DNA of 64,000 nt. It comes from Candidatus Harrisonbacteria bacterium (GTDB taxonomy: Bacteria > Patescibacteriota > Minisyncoccia > UBA6257 > 1-14-0-10-44-23). A program made the position numbers and the translations under genes. Location of the stretch: NCBI GenBank assembly GCA_023255625.1, contig JAHFLF010000003.1:2105-66104 (forward strand), read 5' to 3'. This document shows, piece after piece, positions 10,176 to 20,350 of the stretch. The notes beneath the pieces are model-generated. The model ran no database searches. It was given only the letters and a program-made list of their open reading frames with translations, and was not told the DNA's origin. The first letter of the stretch is position 1; every line of letters starts with the position of its first letter.

Positions 10176-10526
10176 CTACAACTGGCGCTTTATCAAATCA
10201 AAGAAAAATCCAACTGTCGAAAGAAACAAATGCCCGATCGCTTTTAAAATTCCAAATAAATCGATTCCGGCTTTATCCTTGAGCCAGTTGTTAATCCGGA
10301 CAAAAACATTTTCCGCACCGCGAACAATGCCAGATACATCTGTGGTTGATGAGGCGCCTAATTGCCCCTGAATCAAATTATTGATTGCATCGTTAACTTT
10401 TTGGGTCGTGGTTGCGGCAAATGGCGCCTGCAAATTATCGCTGCCATATCGAATGGCGGCTTGAGTAGAACCAAACAAAAAATACCAACCGATGAGCAGA
10501 AACAGGAAAATTTTCGTATATTTCAT
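10176..10526 (-). CDS. Hypothetical exported/membrane protein
   Basis: Signal peptide-like N-terminus; TACAAT 6 nt before ATG. Confidence 0.7.
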   Translation of the reverse strand: MKYTKIFLFLLIGWYFLFGSTQAAIRYGSDNLQAPFAATTTQKVNDAINNLIQGQLGASSTTDVSGIVRGAENVFVRINNWLKDKAGIDLFGILKAIGHLFLSTVGFFFDLIKRQL

Positions 10527-10566
10527 AATTTTATTGTAACTCTTCTGCCGATGAGTTACTACACCT

Positions 10567-11817
10567 CTACAGATAATCCAGCGGATTCAATGTCAGACCG
10601 ATTGGCACCAAGCCCGCGCCAGCGATTGCGGTTAATTTGACCGTTGAACCAAGATAAACCCCAAAGTGAAGGTGTGCGCCAAAAGCATAGCCCGTTTTCC
10701 CGGAATAGCCAATAATGTCTCCCCGCTTGACTAAATCACCCGTTTTCACTTGCTGGCGGGAAAGGTGGCCGTACAAAGTAGCTAAACCGTTATCATGTTT
10801 CAGTACAATGTAACGACCGTATTGCAGTTTACCGTTATTTCCGGCTGCAAAAACAGTTCCATCATCTGCTGCTAATACTGGCGTCCCGATCGGAATACCA
10901 AAATCAATACCGTTATGAAAACAGGTTTTTTTATACAATCGACAAGCATCCGGAGTTTTTCCGTAACCTTGAGTCATTGTTCCGCTGGCAATCGGTTTAC
11001 TAAAAACTCCGGGCCGTTTGAGTGGCAGATTACTCGTTCCGTATTTATCTCGCAACTGCTGCTCAATGTCTGCGATGTCATCGCTAATTTGCTGCTGTTG
11101 TTTTTGCAGCTCGTCAACAATCTTCTGATAATTTGCCTCACTCTTTTTTGTATCTGCGAGCAACTTTTGCTTATCAGCAAGCTGATCCTCGGCAATCGCT
11201 TTTCGTGCCTTCAGAGTCTCTGCCTCTCTTTGTGCGGACTGCTTTTTATCTGATTGCTGATTAAGCTGGCCGGAAAGTTGGCTCTTGAGCTGCCTAAGCT
11301 GGTTAACTTGTTCAAGCAGGCCGACATTAAAATCTTGGATAGACTGTGTTTCCGCTAAAACCTCGGATAGCGTTTTATCACTCAAAAACAAAAATAACAA
11401 ACCCTCATCGCTTCGGTCCTGATATTCCCGGAGCAATGTTGCAACGGCTCCCTGTTTGAGTAAAATAGATTGTTCACTTTGCGTAATCTGTCCACTAATC
11501 GATTCGATTTCCAGTCCCAATTTATCAACCGTCAGCTGACTAACTTGAATACCGAGATTTACCTTCTTGACATTATCATCAATGCGACTCACCTCTTGTT
11601 TGAGAGTTTTGCCCTGCGCCGCAACATCTAATAACTGAATCTGGGTACTTTGCAGCTGTTTGGCAACCTCGTCAAGTTGTTTGGCTTTCTGATCGATAGC
11701 AAACTGCAGATCTTCCTGGGTTGCAGATAGTGCCGACAGCGGAATAGCAAAAATAAAAACTGCCAGGCATGCTGCGAATGCTCTGTTTAGATAGTGTAAA
11801 AAATAATTTCTGGACAT
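10567..11817 (-). CDS. Coiled-coil M23 peptidase (EnvC/PcsB-like)
   Basis: Signal peptide, long coiled coil, HNGID, YGHL, HLHF. Confidence 0.9.
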   Translation of the reverse strand: MSRNYFLHYLNRAFAACLAVFIFAIPLSALSATQEDLQFAIDQKAKQLDEVAKQLQSTQIQLLDVAAQGKTLKQEVSRIDDNVKKVNLGIQVSQLTVDKLGLEIESISGQITQSEQSILLKQGAVATLLREYQDRSDEGLLFLFLSDKTLSEVLAETQSIQDFNVGLLEQVNQLRQLKSQLSGQLNQQSDKKQSAQREAETLKARKAIAEDQLADKQKLLADTKKSEANYQKIVDELQKQQQQISDDIADIEQQLRDKYGTSNLPLKRPGVFSKPIASGTMTQGYGKTPDACRLYKKTCFHNGIDFGIPIGTPVLAADDGTVFAAGNNGKLQYGRYIVLKHDNGLATLYGHLSRQQVKTGDLVKRGDIIGYSGKTGYAFGAHLHFGVYLGSTVKLTAIAGAGLVPIGLTLNPLDYL

Positions 11818-11832
11818 GTTCTATACTTTTTC

Positions 11833-13365
11833 CTAAGCGACCGCAAGTTTTTGTAGCGCAATTTTGAGACGGCGAAGCGACTCATGTTTACCAAGTGCAA
11901 CAAGAATTTCAACCGGCGGTGGCGAATTCTCCTTGCCGGAAACAGCGACTCGAAGTGGCCACAGCACATCTCCCTTACCAAATTGTTCAGCAACTTTCAT
12001 AATCTTTGGCTCTAGAGATTCCTTCGTAAAAATCTGATCTGGTAATTCCTGCAGTAAATCAAAACAATACTGTAAATTAGTTTTGGCTGCGGCCGCATTA
12101 GATTTTTTCCAGACAAGCACGCTAGCAGCATATTCCGGTAACTCAAAGAAAAACCCGGACAGTTCTTGAAAATCTGCAAGTGTTACCATCCTTTCCTGCA
12201 CTAACGGAATAGCGAGAGCCAAGGATTCTTTGCTCCAACTAGGATCGCAAAATCCCCCCTCAACTAAGCAACTGACTAACCGACTAACTGATAACTGTTT
12301 GATGTAATGCGCATTAAAAAAATCCAGTTTTTGTTTATCAAATTTTGCTCCGCCTTTTTGCACACGGTCAAGCGAGAACAATTCTACCATTTCTTCAAAA
12401 GACAATATCTCTCGGCTACCAACCGGCCGGACCTCGCCCCGTACCGTGCTTTGCTCTGGTGCGGGGTGCCAGCCGATCAGCACCAAAAAGTTGATCAGCG
12501 CCTCGGGCAGGTAGCCGGCCTCGCGGTACTCGCGCACAGTTGTTCCCCCATCGCGCTTACTCATCTTCCCCTTCCCAGTGGCGCTTAAAATCAGTGGTAG
12601 GTGGGCGTACTGCGGCGAGCCAAAGCCAAGCGCCTGCGCAAGCGCAATCTGTTTGGGAGTGTTTGCCAGATGTTCCTCGCCGCGGATAACATGAGAAATC
12701 TGCATCTCGTGATCATCAATAACCACGGCAAAATTATACAGCGGCTCACTCATTGACTTTGCAATGACAATGTCGCCGCTAAGCGCATTATCAAATTCCA
12801 CCTCTCCGCGAATCAAGTCGGTCATCCCTATCTTTTCAGGAACAACCTTGAAGCGGATAACGCTCTCTTTACCCTCCGCCAGACTCTTCGCTATGTCTAG
12901 TTCCGTATATGAACGACATTTGCCGCTGTACTTCGGCACTTGGCCAGCTGACTCCTGACTCTGGCGTCTTGCTTCAAGCTCCTCTTTTGTACAAAAACAA
13001 TAGTACGCTTTGTGTTCACTAAGCAGTTGCTGCAAGTACTTTGCATACAGTTCTAGCCGGGCTTTTTGCCGGTACGGCCCGAATTCACCTTTTTCGGAAC
13101 CATCGGGTTTACCCGCCGTGGCGGGCATAACTCCTTCATCAAACACAATGCCCGCCCAATGAAAACTATTCAGGATGTCCTGCTCAAATTCTTTGGTTGA
13201 TCGCGCGTCATCGGTATCCTCAATTCGCAAAACAGCAGTTCCACCATGCTGCTTTGCGAATAAAATATTATAGAGTGCCGTGCGCACGCCGCCAATATGC
13301 AAACTGCCCGTTGGCGACGGGGCCATGCGAACACGAATTTTTTTATCTTTTTTAGATATCATCAT
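11833..13365 (-). CDS. gltX: Glutamate--tRNA ligase
   Basis: RMAPSPTGSLHIGG, LRIEDTD, KMSKR; start placed at ATG 13365 (13380 possible). Confidence 0.96.
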   Translation of the reverse strand: MMISKKDKKIRVRMAPSPTGSLHIGGVRTALYNILFAKQHGGTAVLRIEDTDDARSTKEFEQDILNSFHWAGIVFDEGVMPATAGKPDGSEKGEFGPYRQKARLELYAKYLQQLLSEHKAYYCFCTKEELEARRQSQESAGQVPKYSGKCRSYTELDIAKSLAEGKESVIRFKVVPEKIGMTDLIRGEVEFDNALSGDIVIAKSMSEPLYNFAVVIDDHEMQISHVIRGEEHLANTPKQIALAQALGFGSPQYAHLPLILSATGKGKMSKRDGGTTVREYREAGYLPEALINFLVLIGWHPAPEQSTVRGEVRPVGSREILSFEEMVELFSLDRVQKGGAKFDKQKLDFFNAHYIKQLSVSRLVSCLVEGGFCDPSWSKESLALAIPLVQERMVTLADFQELSGFFFELPEYAASVLVWKKSNAAAAKTNLQYCFDLLQELPDQIFTKESLEPKIMKVAEQFGKGDVLWPLRVAVSGKENSPPPVEILVALGKHESLRRLKIALQKLAVA

Positions 13366-13374
13366 GTCTTTGTT

Positions 13375-13448
13375 TGTCATTGCGAGGTACTCCGCGGCAA
13401 TCCATCTTTTATCTTTTTCCTGGATTGCTTCGCGTACTCGCAATGACA
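13375..13448. repeat. REP/RPE-like palindromic element (partial second copy at 59655-59683)
   Basis: TGTCATTGCGAGGTACTCCGCGGCAATCC...GGATTGCTTCGCGTACTCGCAATGACA. Confidence 0.75.
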
Positions 13449-13454
13449 GACTAA

Positions 13455-14597
13455 CTAGGTCATCGCCCCGGCCACAGTTAAAATATCTTTGGCTATCTGA
13501 TCCGACGCCTCCGGCTTGTAAAACTGTTTTGCCTGTTGAACCATGCTGGAACGCAAATCATCGTTATCGATGATCTTCTGCAGCTGATTAAAAACTAAAC
13601 CGGGTAATAGATTCGGTTCTTCGATAATGATACCGGCACCGCAGAGTGCATACGCGTAAGCATTTTCAAACTGATGGTTATTCGCCGAACTGGCGATTGG
13701 GACAAGCAGCGCCGGCTTGCCATTAGCCGCTATTTCAAAAATCGAACTGCCGGCGCGCGAAATCACTATGTCTGCCGCACCAAATGCCGCGGCCATCTGC
13801 TCGTCAGAAAGAAAAGCGAATGGCCGATATCGCGCTATTAATTCCGGTTTGATAAATTTTGTGACAAAAGCGAATTCTTTTACATGCTGATCAAAATTTT
13901 CCCGCCCAATTTGGTGAACTACCTCAAATTGAGTTAGCAAAGTTTCGGTATTGGCGAGCACAAAATCATTCAAAATTTGCGCCCCCTGCGATCCGCCGAC
14001 GATAAAAAGAACGGGGCGATCATCGGCAAGTCCCAAAATTCGCCTACACTCCGCCGCACTCTGCTGGTTAATAACCTGTGGCCGCACCGGAAGGCCGACC
14101 ACATTCACTTGTTCATTCTTCGGAAAATATTGTTTTGCGTGCTGAAAAGCCAATTCAACAATCGCCGCATGTTTTGCAGAAATTTTGTTGGTCAGACCCG
14201 GTATCGCGTCAGATTCATGAATGACGAGTGGAATCCGATACCAGCGAGCAGCATAAATAATCGGCAACACGCCCGGCCCGGATTTAGAAAACACCACCTC
14301 CGGCATAAAAAAGTACAATTTAAAAAGCGCTTGAATGAAACCCCAGAAAAACTTGAAAAAATCTAGAATATTCAGTGCCGAAACATACCTTCTTAGCTTG
14401 CTGCTGACTACTCGCGATACTCGTATACTATTTTCCGCCAGAATACTGTCGTAACTGCCCGGATCGCCGAAATAACGGATATCTAATTCAAACTGCTTTT
14501 CCGATCCCAATTCCTTTAATTTTTGCGCAACGGAAATAAGCGGAAAAATGTGTCCGCCTGTTCCCCCGCCAATAAGTAAGATATGAGTTTTAGTCAT
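13455..14597 (-). CDS. murG: MurG glycosyltransferase
   Basis: GGGTGGHIFP, HESDAIPG, GGSQGA, ISRAGS, HQFENA. Confidence 0.95.
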   Translation of the reverse strand: MTKTHILLIGGGTGGHIFPLISVAQKLKELGSEKQFELDIRYFGDPGSYDSILAENSIRVSRVVSSKLRRYVSALNILDFFKFFWGFIQALFKLYFFMPEVVFSKSGPGVLPIIYAARWYRIPLVIHESDAIPGLTNKISAKHAAIVELAFQHAKQYFPKNEQVNVVGLPVRPQVINQQSAAECRRILGLADDRPVLFIVGGSQGAQILNDFVLANTETLLTQFEVVHQIGRENFDQHVKEFAFVTKFIKPELIARYRPFAFLSDEQMAAAFGAADIVISRAGSSIFEIAANGKPALLVPIASSANNHQFENAYAYALCGAGIIIEEPNLLPGLVFNQLQKIIDNDDLRSSMVQQAKQFYKPEASDQIAKDILTVAGAMT

Positions 14598-14738
14598 GAA
14601 AATTAACCATAAGCTCTATATATTCTACCTCAAGCCAACCAATTCATGAATTGACAATATTGCCAAAAGCTGCTTTAATATAAATGATGGGCATGCCGCC
14701 CATCCCCTAGTTCTTGGGTTCTTCAAGGAAAGGAAAGG

Positions 14739-15113
14739 GTGATGAAAAAGCAGAAGTCAATCGAGGTCCTGGTGATCGAGGCGGACGACGACGCCCGAGA
14801 AGAGATGAAGAAGTTTCTCGAGGGGGTCGGCGGGTTCAATGTGCTCGCAATCAGTCGACTCTACGCCGCACAAACGCTGATCGAGGAAGCCCGTCCACCT
14901 TTCGATGTCGTCGTGATCGGCGATGTGGCACACAACATCGCGTGGGTCAGGCGAGTCAGAGCAGCGCACCCCACCCTGCAGATGAGCGGCAGGTCCAAGG
15001 ATGCAAGAGTCGCGCTCCAGCTACACGGAGCTGGCTGCAACGGCGCGAGTTCGGGACCAATCTCGCCCGACTACGCCAACATCCTTCGCCGCATGGCTAG
15101 CGGCGAGACATAG
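14739..15113 (+). CDS. GC-rich degenerate response-regulator receiver-like protein
   Basis: VLVIEADDDAREEMKKFL...PFDVVVIG; TTGACA-17-TTTAAT promoter, purine-rich SD, downstream hairpin. Confidence 0.6.
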   Translation: MMKKQKSIEVLVIEADDDAREEMKKFLEGVGGFNVLAISRLYAAQTLIEEARPPFDVVVIGDVAHNIAWVRRVRAAHPTLQMSGRSKDARVALQLHGAGCNGASSGPISPDYANILRRMASGET

Positions 15114-15198
15114 ATAGGGCCCGAAGCAAGGCCCGATGCGACCCGAGTCGCATCGGGCCGCATCATTTTTTGCCATATGCGAATGCGAGCGCGAAAAA

Positions 15199-15621
15199 CT
15201 ACTCGATTTTAGCTCCACACACTGTAGCCGAGTCGCCCGTAGAAAGAGCCCGATACGATTGATAGCAACCATACAGAATGGTGTCAGTTAAAAAAGTGAG
15301 TACTAACAAAGCGGCTAAATAGACTAATATCTTATGCCACGGCTTTTTTATTGAACGCCCGGAAAACTGATTCACAAAATAGAATGCGACCAGTAGAGCC
15401 GGAATGGTCAGGATAAAAATAGGATTCGAAAAAATGCTAATTAAAACGCCAAATAAACCGACAAAACCAATGGGAACGAATAAACCGACAAAATAAGTCA
15501 AGGTGCTCCCAAATGGGGAAACGAAACCAAGGAGAATATAAAACGCGGTCAGTAAAATCCACCAAAACCAAATTGTCTGCCAACCCTTTTGCCCCGCGCT
15601 CAAACTAAAAGTATTTTGCAT
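15199..15621 (-). CDS. Hypothetical membrane protein
   Basis: Four hydrophobic segments; TATAAT 9 nt upstream of ATG. Confidence 0.7.
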   Translation of the reverse strand: MQNTFSLSAGQKGWQTIWFWWILLTAFYILLGFVSPFGSTLTYFVGLFVPIGFVGLFGVLISIFSNPIFILTIPALLVAFYFVNQFSGRSIKKPWHKILVYLAALLVLTFLTDTILYGCYQSYRALSTGDSATVCGAKIE

Positions 15622-15662
15622 ATTAAATTAATTATAGCACTATTGCAGCGCACTTCGCGATA

Positions 15663-15739
15663 AGGCGGCACTCTCGCAGGCCCGAAGAGGGCCGAGGGCA
15701 GTCGCTGCGCCAGCAGGCGCAGATAGACGGTGCCGATCT
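15663..15739 (-). repeat. 77-nt dispersed structured element, copy 2
   Basis: Reverse-complement match to 5641-5717; flanked by CACTTCGCGATA/TATCGCGAAGTG inverted repeat. Confidence 0.8.
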
Positions 15740-15762
15740 ATCGCGAAGTGGGCAAAAATAAA

Positions 15763-16875
15763 TCATTTATTTGTGTATTTTGAAACATTTACCACGATCC
15801 CCATCATCGTCATAAACACCGCCAAACTTGTGCCACCGTAACTAATAAACGGCAGGGGTGTACCGGTCAGCGGCAGCAGTCCGGTCATTGCTCCAACATT
15901 CACAAAAACCTGTATTGTGATAATTGAGCCAAAGCCAATCAGAAGTAATCGCCCAAAAGGATCCGGGGTATGGCGGGCAAGCATTAATATGCGTAAAACG
16001 AGAAAAAGAAAAAGGCCAAGCAGGATGACCGAGCCAACAAAACCAAATTCCTCCCCCGCTACAGCAAAAATAGAATCTCCGATCGGTTCCGGTAAACGAT
16101 ATTTAACGGTTGATTGGCCATATCCCACTCCGAAAATACCGCCTGCACCAATTGCAGTTTTGGCCTGTAGCAGATGATAGCCGCTCCCCTGCGCATCAGC
16201 TTCCGGGTTTAAAAATGACAATACGCGCTGCGCACGATAAGGCGTAACCGCAACGATAAGCGCAAGAGAAAAAAGGCCGGCCGCAATAATCGCGCCAAGA
16301 TAGCGCAACTTCGCGCCGCTGACAAAATACATAATTAGGGCAACCAAAATCAGCATTGCAACCGGGCTGGTGCTGTGCTGTAAAATCAAGATTCCGGAAA
16401 CAACTGTCAGGACAACTGCAAATGGTAAAAATCCCTGCCGCAGTGATTGCTGGGCATGATCTTTAAATGAGAGCCAGCTGGCCAGATAAATCAGCAATGT
16501 GATTTTCAATAATTCCGCCGGCTGAAAGGAAAATGGCCCAAGCGCCAGCCAGCGGGTTGCTCCTTTTGCCGTGAGCCCAAGCGGAGTAAATACCAGTAGC
16601 AAACCAATAATGCTCAAAACCAGCAGCCAAACGCTCAAAGAGCGTTTCACATAAGTACCATAGAAAAGTTTAGATGCACACCAAAAACCGATTAAACCCA
16701 GAGAAAGTCCGTAATAAATTTGGTGTTTCAAATAGTAATAGCTATCACCATATTGAGTGGCGGCTAGATTAGAAGAACTGCTGGCCAGAATTACGAAACC
16801 AAAAAGAATTAGTAATCCAAGGCAAAAAATTACAACAATATCTGGCGCGTGCTGCTTACGAGAAATAGCAAACAT
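15763..16875 (-). CDS. ftsW: SEDS peptidoglycan polymerase FtsW
   Basis: GATRW, FQPAELLK, DSIFAVAGEEFG, LPFISYGGTS. Confidence 0.93.
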   Translation of the reverse strand: MFAISRKQHAPDIVVIFCLGLLILFGFVILASSSSNLAATQYGDSYYYLKHQIYYGLSLGLIGFWCASKLFYGTYVKRSLSVWLLVLSIIGLLLVFTPLGLTAKGATRWLALGPFSFQPAELLKITLLIYLASWLSFKDHAQQSLRQGFLPFAVVLTVVSGILILQHSTSPVAMLILVALIMYFVSGAKLRYLGAIIAAGLFSLALIVAVTPYRAQRVLSFLNPEADAQGSGYHLLQAKTAIGAGGIFGVGYGQSTVKYRLPEPIGDSIFAVAGEEFGFVGSVILLGLFLFLVLRILMLARHTPDPFGRLLLIGFGSIITIQVFVNVGAMTGLLPLTGTPLPFISYGGTSLAVFMTMMGIVVNVSKYTNK

Positions 16876-16888
16876 AATTCACGCAGGA

Positions 16889-18409
16889 CTAAGTCCGACG
16901 CAAAACTTTCCCGTTTCGCACTCCTTGAAAGATACCGTCGCGCACCGCAAGCTCGCCTCCAACAATCACATGCACCGGCTGAAACCCTCCTTGTTTTGAG
17001 TGTGGCAGGAGAAGCGGCTGCAACACAGCAAGATCAGCCACCATGCCCTCTTTGAGTATGCCGCGGTCTTTGAAGTTAAGAATTTTGGCCGGCTTTGCAG
17101 TTATTTTATTAATCGCCCACTCCAGCTTGAGCCCACGCTCCATGCAAATATTCAGAAATTTGGAAAAGGTCTTGCTGGCCCGTTCATTTTCAATCACATT
17201 ACGATTTTCCAGTAAACTTGGGCTGTTGCTGGCAACTAGCGCCTTCTCGCCCATTAAAGCGTCAACAACCATTGAATAATTGATGTTCTTCCGAAAAACC
17301 ACTGCCTTTAATCTGGTGTAGCGCATTAGATTCAAAAGTCCTTGCTGGGCATCAACCTCCTGGGTCGCCGCGTATTCGGTCAAAGTTTTACCGATGCTGT
17401 AATCAAAGCCGGGCGCCCGAGCAATCACAACCTGATCACCCTGAATTTTCGCAAATTCTTTTTTAAGTTCTACCTCCTGGCCGGTATCTTTAATCAATTC
17501 CTGCATCTTTTCCAAACTTCCCTGCTGCGCCCATTGCGGCAAAAGAGTATAAATAGGCACGATACTGTAATCGAACGGGTAGGCGTCAAAATAGATCGGC
17601 GCATCTGTAGCACGAATCAGTTCAAGCGCAGCAGTAAACTGTTTTTCAAAACCGATAATTGGCCGGAAATGACTAATGATAGTCGGCACGCCGGTTTCTT
17701 TCGCAATCGCAATAGTTTCAGTTACAGATTGTTCGACATTTTCGGTCTCGTCGCGCAAATGAGTACCATAAACACCGTTAAATCTGGCGGCAATACTCGC
17801 CAGCATTTTAATCTCCGCAAATGGCGTGCCCCGCGAATGATTGTAAGCCAAACCAGTAGAAACCCCGATGGCCCCCTCCTCAATCGCCTGCCGAACAATC
17901 GAACTAGAAAGCTGAACTTCTGATTCGTTCAAATCCCGGATCTCTTCTCCCAGAATCCCACGCCGAACAGTAGAATGGCCAACGAGCGTAGCAAAATTAA
18001 CTCCCGGCGACAGAGTTTGTAGTGTCCAAAGCAGCTCCTCCATAGTGTGCCAATTCACATTCACCAAATTTATATCGCCCCATTTTCGAATTGATTCTAA
18101 AGTACCCTTAATCAATGGAGCTAGCGAACTGCCGCATTGCCCGCCGACTATGGTCGTAACGCCCTGCAGTAAAAAATCCTGCTGTGCCGGATCCGTAAAT
18201 AAGCTTAAATAGTGGTCGCTGTCTGTATTAACATCAATAAATCCAGGCGTTGTAATCATCCCTGCTCCATCTAGAACAACATCTGCCTGATTCGCACTAA
18301 AGTTACCAATTGCAGAGATAAGATCGTTCTTAATCAGAATGTCCGTAACTACGCCGGGAGTTCCAGTCCCGTCAATCACTGTGCTGCCTTTAATAAGAAT
18401 TGTGCCCAT
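16889..18409 (-). CDS. N-acyl-D-amino-acid deacylase family amidohydrolase
   Basis: VIDGTG, PGFIDV, QGVTTIVGGQCG, HLRDE, ISH, DRGILKEGMVADL. Confidence 0.88.
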   Translation of the reverse strand: MGTILIKGSTVIDGTGTPGVVTDILIKNDLISAIGNFSANQADVVLDGAGMITTPGFIDVNTDSDHYLSLFTDPAQQDFLLQGVTTIVGGQCGSSLAPLIKGTLESIRKWGDINLVNVNWHTMEELLWTLQTLSPGVNFATLVGHSTVRRGILGEEIRDLNESEVQLSSSIVRQAIEEGAIGVSTGLAYNHSRGTPFAEIKMLASIAARFNGVYGTHLRDETENVEQSVTETIAIAKETGVPTIISHFRPIIGFEKQFTAALELIRATDAPIYFDAYPFDYSIVPIYTLLPQWAQQGSLEKMQELIKDTGQEVELKKEFAKIQGDQVVIARAPGFDYSIGKTLTEYAATQEVDAQQGLLNLMRYTRLKAVVFRKNINYSMVVDALMGEKALVASNSPSLLENRNVIENERASKTFSKFLNICMERGLKLEWAINKITAKPAKILNFKDRGILKEGMVADLAVLQPLLLPHSKQGGFQPVHVIVGGELAVRDGIFQGVRNGKVLRRT

Positions 18410-18437
18410 TATTTTGAGTATAACACTCTTCTGGGAA

Positions 18438-18989
18438 TCATTGAACCTTAATAATGCCGCGATATTTACTGTCTAAGCGATTATAGTAGCCGTAAATTTG
18501 CTGACTATCTGAACCTGCTGAACCGGTCGAAAAAGTGTAAGTATAAGACTCACCGGGCTGCAGCCCGAATGTCGAATCAAGCGGCGGGTTAGTCTCACCG
18601 GCCGCAATTGGCCATAGCAAATTTTTGCTGCGATTAATAAAAGTTACAATTGGCCGCTGGCCAGATAAAACTACAGAGTTGGGCGCAAAGCCACTATTGG
18701 TATATATAATCTGAATCGTGCTCGGTGTCGAAACAGAACCGCCCACAAGAACACCGGCAGAATTTCCAGAATTGATAATCCCGACATTAACTCCTTTTGT
18801 GTCAGCAGATGACTTTGCGCTATTACTGGTGATCGTAGTTCTATCCGTGCTTGAAGCGCCCGGATAATACTCTCCGGGTTTCTTACTAGGATTAAGCAAA
18901 TTCCCGGCAAAAAAGAAAAGCAAAAAACCGGTCGCGATTATTAAAAGAATGACGGCCGTTGTAGATCCTTTTGCAACAAAAAAACGCAT
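18438..18989 (-). CDS. Membrane-anchored cupredoxin-like fold protein
   Basis: TM, then GFAPNSVV...VTFIN...LQPGESYTYTF...GIIKV; start moved to ATG 18989 (TATACT 6 nt upstream). Confidence 0.7.
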   Translation of the reverse strand: MRFFVAKGSTTAVILLIIATGFLLFFFAGNLLNPSKKPGEYYPGASSTDRTTITSNSAKSSADTKGVNVGIINSGNSAGVLVGGSVSTPSTIQIIYTNSGFAPNSVVLSGQRPIVTFINRSKNLLWPIAAGETNPPLDSTFGLQPGESYTYTFSTGSAGSDSQQIYGYYNRLDSKYRGIIKVQ

Positions 18990-19035
18990 ACATTTAGTAT
19001 AGCATCTGGCAAAATAAAATAGCACATCTGAAGCA

Positions 19036-19149
19036 CCGGCAAATCCTACTTTCCCAGCAGGCAGAACCCGCAAGTATCATCGGAATAATTGGCTTTCACT
19101 TCTCTGTTCGGAATGGGAAGAGGTGGGACACCAAATATCAAATCACCGG
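19036..19149 (-). rRNA. rrf: 5S rRNA
   Basis: Minus strand CCACCTCTTCCCATTCCGAACAGAGAAGTGAAA...CCGATGATACT...GGGAAAGTAGG; terminal CCGG stem. Confidence 0.92.
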
Positions 19150-19241
19150 CACATCACATGCGCCATTTTTATTAGGGATTAGCACAGTTTCTCGAATTTC
19201 TCATTCGTACTTTCGTACTAAATTCGTAATTCGTAGATCTA

Positions 19242-19265
19242 CAGTGCTTGAATGATCAGTCTAGT
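19242..19265 (-). other. 3' arm of the 24-bp 23S processing stem (5' arm 24818-24841)
   Basis: CAGTGCTTGAATGATCAGTCTAGT is the perfect reverse complement of ACTAGACTGATCATTCAAGCACTG. Confidence 0.85.
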
Positions 19266-19596
19266 ATGTCATCTTTCAACGAGAACCCATATATATGGCG
19301 CTCGTTGAACGACAACATCATTAGCGTCCCGCCAAAGGCGGGACTAGTAGTTAGTTGCGATGGCATATTAGTACGTCTCGGCTACACACCTTACGGTGCT
19401 TACACCTAACGCCTATCAACGTAGTAGTCTTCTACGAACCATCAAACATCCTTTCGAATATTCTGGTATCTAATCCTGGAGTTGGCTTCGTGCTTAGATG
19501 CTTTCAGCGCTTATCCATTCCGAACGTAGCTACCCGGCACGTCTACTTGGTAGTAGAGCCGGTACACCAGCGGTTCGTTCAATCCGGTCCTCTCGT

Positions 19597-20117
19597 CACG
19601 ATATTCTTGCGAATACTTTTCCCCTCTCACGAGGAGCGTAGACTATATCTTGACCCACCCTAAATCGCTTTTGCGACCGGGTAAAGGGTCTCGGCATCTT
19701 ACAAATGCAGCCCTGTCTGCGAAACATATCGCAAACTTTCTGGAACTACATAAGTCCGCCCGTTATCCCGCTGTTAGCGGAACCGGAACAAGTCGTTACG
19801 GGGTCAAGCGCGAAATACGCGCAAGTTGAAAGTTTATCAAGTTTATAAAGTTATAAAGTAGAAACGGAAACCCGCATCCACTTGATGAACTTTACAAACT
19901 TTCAACTTTACAAACTTGCGTGCTTTGCACGCCGACTTCCCACGGTATTGTCTTATTACTTTTCTGGTCCTCAAGCTTGTACGCCTTTGGCGTATAAATT
20001 GTACCACGCGTTTGAGGACTAACTCTCGCTTGGTTATCAACAGACCAGACCGTCATAAGATTCCACCGTTATTAGCCGAATTTTCATCACGCATTACTGC
20101 ATGAAGTAGCAAACTTT
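19597..20117 (-). mobile_element. Group I intron in the sarcin-ricin loop (after ~U2656), no ORF
   Basis: Splits CCUAGU|ACGAGAGGA; P1 with U.G, terminal G, Q AAUACCGUGG, R GUAACGACU, S AAGAUAUAGUC. Confidence 0.9.
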
Positions 20118-20315
20118 ACTAGGATCGACTCTCCTCCGATACCATACGCCTGCAACAGATAGAGACCAACCTGTCTCACGACGGTTTGAACCCAGCTCAC
20201 GTGCCCTTTTAATTGGCGAACAGACAAACGCTTGGGAGCTTCTTCACCCCCGCGCTAGGGCGAGCCGACATCGAGGTGCCGAGCGTTGCCGTCGATAGGA
20301 ACTCTCGAGCAACAC

Positions 20316-20350
<35 letters not shown>

